A stretch of 53,889 nt of DNA, the filler included, from Squatina squatina (taxonomy: Eukaryota): the NCBI GenBank assembly GCA_031763465.1. It is 3 parts of 3 records of this genome, joined end to end, with 100 filler letters (N's around TTAATTAATTAA, not from the genome) between each part and the next. Parts side by side here need not be neighbours in the genome. Positions count along the whole stretch, not along the records: positions 33,790 to 53,889 come from JARFOE010000056.1; 2 more parts are not named here. One strand, given 5' to 3'. The notes below the pieces were generated by a model, which did no database searches, was not told the DNA's origin, and was given only the letters and a program-made list of their open reading frames with translations. Positions 47,854 to 53,889 of the stretch are shown here, piece by piece. How positions within the stretch are numbered: the first letter of the stretch is position 1; every line of letters begins with the position of its first letter. The translations under genes and the position numbers were made by a program.

Positions 47854-49069
47854 CTCTTGCAATTCACTACTGCTTCCCAGTGGAGCTCCAGATATAATGA
47901 CAATGAGGTGCTGCTGCATTAAAGCACCTCCCCTTTAAGTAGTGAAGAAATGCAAGGCCAAATCTTACTGCCCATTAGACTGCACCCGATCTTGGCTCAC
48001 CTGTTGAGTGATAAGCCAACCAGCAGCTCATTTAGGCAGCACGTGTAAATGAGCAGGCAGCACAAATTTTACGTGCTGCCTGCATCGCAATTAACGGTCT
48101 GGATCGTGTACAGGCCAAAAATGTTTCCAAAGCTTTATGCTCCAGTAGGCCCTCATCCCACATATGCGTAGGTTTGATTCATGTACAAGCTCACTCATCC
48201 AGCCTGTCAGTTACTGAATCTCTTCTGCTTGCCTTAAGCTAGCTTGTGTGCCTTAGGGCAACAGAAGAACTAAGCTAATTAAGTGCATATTTTACTTTGG
48301 CAAACCACATGCTTCACAGTGAAGTCCTTCTGAGGTAGGTAACTGCCAGAATTTCCAACCAGGTCCAAATAATTCTGATGGAACTGAGAGATATTGGCAA
48401 AAAAAAGCAATATTAGAGCTATGATATTAATACCTAGTAGGTAAATGTGTGAATGGTGAAGCTGTACAAATGAGTAGAATTCTACAGCTCAATTTTAACC
48501 CTGCCCGCCCATCAAGAATGGGGTGGACAGGTCGTTAAAATGGTGGTCACTACCGCTTTAACATTTTAACTGAACAGTTTTTAGATTCAGGAAAAAAACC
48601 CTGCCACAGCCAAAAAAACATCCTTGCCATCCCCCGATCGCAATCACCACCAGCTACCCCTCTGGATACTTACCTTCGTCCGGAAACCGTTGCCACAGCT
48701 GTTAACCATTTTGCCCCATTTACTACTGATGTGAACTGGAGGAGGTCAAAATATAGTTTTGTGACTACATTTTTATCAGATTTTATCTTGATCATGTTCG
48801 CCAGATGCCAAGCTCATTAGCATTTTAGAACTATGGCAACAACGGAGTTTGCCAAATTGGAGATAGATGAAAAATTATATTTTTTAAGAGGATCCATAAC
48901 ACTCAAAGACAGCATAATGCTAAAATTATTTAAAAAGAAAAACACATGCTTTTTTTTAATGAACTTTTACAGAGATTGAACAAAATGGTCTTTCGAGGCA
49001 GCCAAAGGATGTTCTACGGGACATGCAGCAAGGTCTAAAGGATGTGGGCGCCAACGTCAGAGCTGGAAT

Positions 49070-49332
49070 CAGTGGATTTGGAGTATTTGGGTTTTCAGAA
49101 GGCTTTTAATAAGGTCTAGTGTGCAAAATTAGAGCACATGGGATTGGGGGTAATATACTGGCATGGATTGGAAATTGGTTAACAGACAGGAAACAGAGAG
49201 CAGGAATAAATGGGTCTTTTTCAGGGTGGCAGGTGGTGACTAGTGGGGTACCACAGGGATCAGTGCTTGGGCCCCAGCTATTCACAATCTATATCTATGA
49301 TTTGGATGAGGGAACTAAATGTAGTATTTTCA
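49070..49332 (+). mobile_element. CR1-group LINE RT fragment
   Basis: [48 protein letters not shown]. Confidence 0.92.
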
Positions 49333-50824
49333 TCTAGTTAATGTGCTTTGTAATGCTGCCATTAACACCTCTGATTGTTTGGAATCTCTTCTGCCTTCCA
49401 GACAATCNNNNNNNNNNNNNNNNNNNNNNNNNNNNNNNNNNNNNNNNNNNNNNNNNNNNNNNNNNNNNNNNNNNNNNNNNNNNNNNNNNNNNNNNNNNNN
49501 NNNNNNNGATTTTTTTTTGTCGGGTAAGGGGTATCAAGCGATATGGAGCTAAGGTGGCTAGATTTGGTTGAGGTGCAGATCAGCCGTGATGTGCTTGAGT
49601 GTTGGAGCGGGCTCGAGGGGCTGAATGGCCCACTCCTGTTCCTAATGTGGAATATAGATGAAATGTTCTTTTTTGGAAAACAAGCCTCACTTGAAAGAGT
49701 TTACCAGTTGCGTATAAATACTTCCAGCAGTCGGAAAGTTGATGATCAAGAATTTTAAATATTCGAATTTCTGGTGAGCTACAAAGAGCTGTGTCGGTTG
49801 AGTCTACCTGCTTTGGGAACTGTGAGCAAGTAATGCAGTTTGGGGGAAGTATTTTTGAAGGACGAAAACATTGACATTTTGCAGAATTTGGCCTCATTAT
49901 TGAATTCTTCGCCTAGAATTTATGATCAGCAGGAAACCAGAACAGCCAGCGGGACAGACTGTCCCAGATAATGTGAGTGCCCGTACAGCAATAACTCAGT
50001 GCAGTGATCTGTAAACTAAATATGGCCATGCTTAAAATATACATGCTCAGAGCCTACTGCAGGAATAACAGTGTGTGCTCGTGGATCGTGTCAGATATAT
50101 CTGCCCCATCTCTTGCGAAGGAGATGGTGTGGAAGCATCTTGCTTTTAAGCACATTCTTGTTCGGGCAAAACCACCAACTTGCATTTATACAGCACNNNN
50201 NNNNNNNNNNNNNNNNNNNNNNNNNNNNNNNNNNNNNNNNNNNNNNNNNNNNNNNNNNNNNNNNNNNNNNNNNNNNNNNNNNNNNNNNNNNNNNNNTTCT
50301 TACTTTTCCTTTCTGTCTCTATTTTTCTTGTTCTCTCTTGTTCTCACTCTTAAGCCAATCTTTCTTCCTCGCTCTTTATCTCTCTTTCTGTACCTGATTT
50401 GACATTGAATTCGCCCACTCGAATTCACCCTCCTTCTCAGTCCTTGTGTGGTTAATCTCACAATCTTACAGTCTGATTGGTCAAGGAGATACACTGTTGC
50501 TTGTCCTGTTCACTGAGGTCCCAGAAGCCGTGTTTCCCTCACTGTGACATTATCAGCTCGCACATTCAGCAACTTACCACATGCAAAAAATTTTAAGAAC
50601 TTACCGTGCAAGGGCAAGTCTAACTAACAGCAGACACCATTAATTGCCCTGACACAGCAAATTATGGCTCAATGTCCTGTATTACTTTTAGTGTTTGTCA
50701 TGAATTTCCATTAAGTACAGGGTACATTTACAGCCTTACCCTAGAATTGTTCTGGCACTGGCACCTTTCCTTGCATTCAGACCAAAACAATCTTTACATC
50801 TAATGTAGCTGCCTGATGGATGTA

Positions 50825-51024
50825 CAGGTGCAACCTCGATAATCCAGCACCCTGACCCGTACCGAACCGGAGAATTTCCCAAACCACTGGAGGCCAATAT
50901 TTTAGGCCAGGACCAGCGGCTAACAGACAGCGGGAAACTTGGCCCCACCCACAATAAGCGGACGTCAGGCTAACTAAAATCATGCCGGACCATGGATGTT
51001 GCCAGACCAGAGAGGTCATACCTG
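50825..51024. mobile_element. 200-bp Tc1/mariner-pogo (Tigger-like) MITE
   Basis: TA on both flanks; imperfect TIRs CAGGTGCAACCTC / GAGGTCATACCTG (10 of 13 match). Confidence 0.75.
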
Positions 51025-51026
51025 TA

Positions 51027-51592
51027 CAGAGAAGTGTGAGGTGATGCATTTTGGCAGAAGGGATAGGGAGAAGCAATATAGACTTGATGGCACAGTTCTA
51101 AAGAGGGTCCAGGGACAGAGGGACCTGGGGGGTTCATGTGCGTAGATCTTTGAAGGTGGCAGAACATATTAAGAGAGTAATTAGCAAAGCAAATGGGATC
51201 TTGGGCTACATAAATAGAGGTATTGAGTACAAAAGCAGGGAGGGTATGCAGAACCTTTATGAAGCTCTGGTTAGGCCACAACTAGAGTATTGCGTCCAGT
51301 TCTGGTCACCACACTTTAGGAAGGATGTGAAGGTTCTTGAGAGGATGCAGAGGAGATTTACCAGAATGGTTCCAGGGTTGAGAGATTTTAGCTGCAAGGT
51401 TAGATTGGAGAAGCTGGAGTTGTTCTCCTTGGAGCAAAGGAGGTTGAGGGGAGATTTGATAGAGGTGTACAAAATTACTACAGGTTTGGATAAGGTAGAC
51501 AAAGAAAAGCTGTTCCCATTAGCTGATGGTAAAAGGACTAGAGGACACAGATTTAAGGTTTTGGGCAAGAGATCCAGGGGGGTGTGAGGAAG
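51027..51592 (+). mobile_element. CR1-group LINE ORF2 C-terminal fragment
   Basis: 149-aa open frame KANGILGYINRGIEYKS..LVRPQLEYCVQFWSPHFRKD..RRLRGDLIEVYKI..RTRGH. Confidence 0.93.
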
Positions 51593-52175
51593 AGGCTGAG
51601 ATGTCTTGACGATATGATAAGACGCTCTATTAGTAAAAGAATTTCATGCGCCAAACAGATTCCTGTAATGCGTTGTCGACCATGGAATTTGGATCCAGAT
51701 ACCTGTCAATCAGATAAAACAGGGTTGCATAAGCTTAACGTTATCAGCATAAATTTTCCAAAACAGGCTGCGCTGAGTGACAGGTGGACTCAGCGGGGTG
51801 ATGGTAAACAATACACTTGAGCTGGTGCAGATATAGCTACCTGCTCCTGCCCGCCCTCCCCAAGGAAAATGTGAGTCAAAACATCAGGGGCCAGGTACCC
51901 TATGAAGCATTCAGCGCTCACGCACGGGGCAAAACAACGGCAGCTGTGTGATTCCAATCTGTCACACTCGGATAAACGTGGCTGCTCCTCATTCCGCATC
52001 TCTCGCTCGGGATAAACATTCCTTTCACTCCTAAAGCTGTGAAATTTGCATTTGAAATGGGCTCAGGTACCAACAGGAATAGTCACAACATTTTCGCAGT
52101 TATGCCCGTGACAGACATACCTGTGGATGGATTAGACAGATTACACAGAGGAGGCGTATAAACTGAATAAGGTAA

Positions 52176-52408
52176 AGAAAGAACTTGCATTTCTATAGCG
52201 CCTTTCATGGCCTCAGGATATCTCAAAGCACTTTACAGCCATTGAAGTACTTTTGATGTGTAGTCAGTGTTGTAATGTAGGAAACGCAGCAGCCAATTGC
52301 ACGCAGCAAGCTCCCACAAACAGTAATGAGATATTGACCAGATCATCTGTTTTTAGTGATCTTGGTTGAGGGATAAATATTGGCCCCAGGATACCGTGGA
52401 ACCCCCCC
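52176..52408 (-). mobile_element. SINE 3' half
   Basis: Reverse complement of the 37700-37880 core and tail. Confidence 0.8.
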
Positions 52409-52576
52409 CGACCCTGGCCCAATGAGGACTGGCCGATGGTTGTTTCAGTTGCAAGGGGCAAGCGGGTGCAGGAGATNNNNNNNNNNNNNNNNNNNNNNNN
52501 NNNNNNNNNNNNNNNNNNNNNNNNNNNNNNNNNNNNNNNNNNNNNNNNNNNNNNNNNNNNNNNNNNNNNNNNNNNN

Positions 52577-53889
52577 CTAACCACTTAGTTTTCTGGATGA
52601 GAAGCTGATGGCCCTTTAAAACTGGGGAACATTCTGAAGTAGGTAGGGGTTTTAGTGGGGAACGAACGTGGGTATGGGGGGGGCAAGGGGTTAAAGGCTC
52701 CAGCCTTCCACATGAGTTAGCCATTTCCTCTCATAATCTGCCCTTCAATCATCGTAGGAATGGATCACATGCTACTTAGTCCCAGAGCGGTAAGTGGCTG
52801 TAACAAATCGACCGCGATAAACATTCCTTTCCAGTTCCTGAGCAGCTTTAGTGGAAACCAAGAATGAGTGGAATGCAGCTCACAGGCAGAGTGAGCTCAG
52901 GAAACCGGGACGTCGAAATAGTGCAGACAGAATACCACGGATTTCTGCAGGCCTGTCGGACTAAATTGATGGGGTTTACTTTGCACTAACTCAAACACAG
53001 GACACGAGATTGGCATCTTGGTTTCCTTTAGCAAAGAACTGTAGGGTGTATGAAAATATGAAATATTGTTTTAATTGCTTGATCTGCGGCTAGGCAAATA
53101 ATCTGTTTGACAAATTATTATATTTACCCACCCGGTATGCATTGAAATATAGATGGTACAGCTTCTTTGACAGCCTGTGCAGTGCAGCACAGGTATTGTA
53201 AAGAATGGTCAAACTTTGGGAGCCTCTCAGATTGGTTACTTGTTAACACAATGCGTTTAGTAATGAATGGGGTACCCAAATTCATTGATTTGTGTAAAAT
53301 ATATATTTCTCGGCTTAAGTGTCAGCTGTGGCTCAGTGGGTAGCACTCTCATCTCTGAGTCACAAGGTTGTGGGTTCATAGACGCACTCTAGGGACTTGA
53401 GCACAAAAATCTAGGCTGGCACACCAGAGCCGGACTGCCCTCTCAGGTGGGCGTAAAGGAGCCTATGGCACTATTTCGAAGAAGAGCAGGATTAGATGGG
53501 GGGGCTGCATTACTGAGCACAGCACCTGTACTCGCAGTAGTCTATGAGGAGGCAGCCAATCATATTGCTGGGTGGGAAGAGGTTAACTGAAGGTCCAATT
53601 TGTTTCTTGCATCTAGAATAGCATTGGGTAGGAAGGAGTTAACTAAAGGAGCGCTTATTTGATTGTACCTAGAACAAGACCCAGAGCATCCCCTCGTCAT
53701 TCCAATTGCAATGATGCCAGACACAAGCGACACGATGGCGTGTTGATGAGGCATTGCATTGTAAATAGTGTTCTCACGTTGAATGTTTGGCAAACAAGCA
53801 ACACAGCGTTTACTAACCACTTAGTTTTCTGGATGAGAAGCTGATGGCCCTTTAAAACTGGGGAACATTCTGAAGTAGGTAGGGGTTTT
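52577..53889. repeat. Contig with exact 77-nt direct terminal repeat (52577-52653 = 53813-53889), period 1236 bp
   Basis: CTAACCACTTAGTTTTCTGGATGAGAAGCTGATGGCCC...GTAGGGGTTTT is identical at the first base after the gap and at the window end. Confidence 0.92.
53320..53491 (+). mobile_element. SINE 5' part with internal deletion
   Basis: A box TGGCTCAGTGG, B-box-like GGTTCA, then GGCACTATTTCGAAGAAGAGCAGG. Confidence 0.8.

Noticed and set aside
53320-53400. tRNA gene
   Set aside because: A and B boxes continue into the SINE body and no complete cloverleaf forms; it is a tRNA-derived SINE head.
53706-53758. C/D box snoRNA
   Set aside because: ATGATG and TGATGA are present, but there is no CTGA D box next to the terminal stem.

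Overview
Gappy, low-coverage draft assembly of a vertebrate, almost certainly a shark (SacSINE1/Deu-type SINEs, CR1-group LINEs, Penelope and Harbinger relics). It is not a contiguous locus: 100-N and 10-N gaps hide exons, and two artificial N44-TTAATTAATTAA-N44 linkers (17874-17973, 33690-33789) split it into three blocks. Block 1 (1-17873): no recognisable exons, only repeats and AT-rich unique DNA. Block 2 (17974-33689): 3' exons and 3' UTR of SLC39A10/ZIP10 (+), tail-to-tail with the 3' third of DNAH7 (-). Block 3 (33790-53889): DSTYK exons 2-4 (-), divergent from TMCC2 exons (+). Best leads: a ~36-bp bidirectional polyadenylation site shared by SLC39A10 and DNAH7; a candidate TMCC3-like alternative first exon inside TMCC2; a hammerhead-ribozyme core in a Penelope end within a DSTYK intron; an apparently interrupted TMCC2 exon; a degenerate dynamin/mitofusin-like P-loop in DSTYK; an intron-containing Harbinger Myb gene relic; and a final contig with exact 77-nt terminal repeats (collapsed 1236-bp unit). 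I found no convincing wholly new multi-gene system. Gene calls and human comparisons rest on my recall of the protein sequences, not on database searches.
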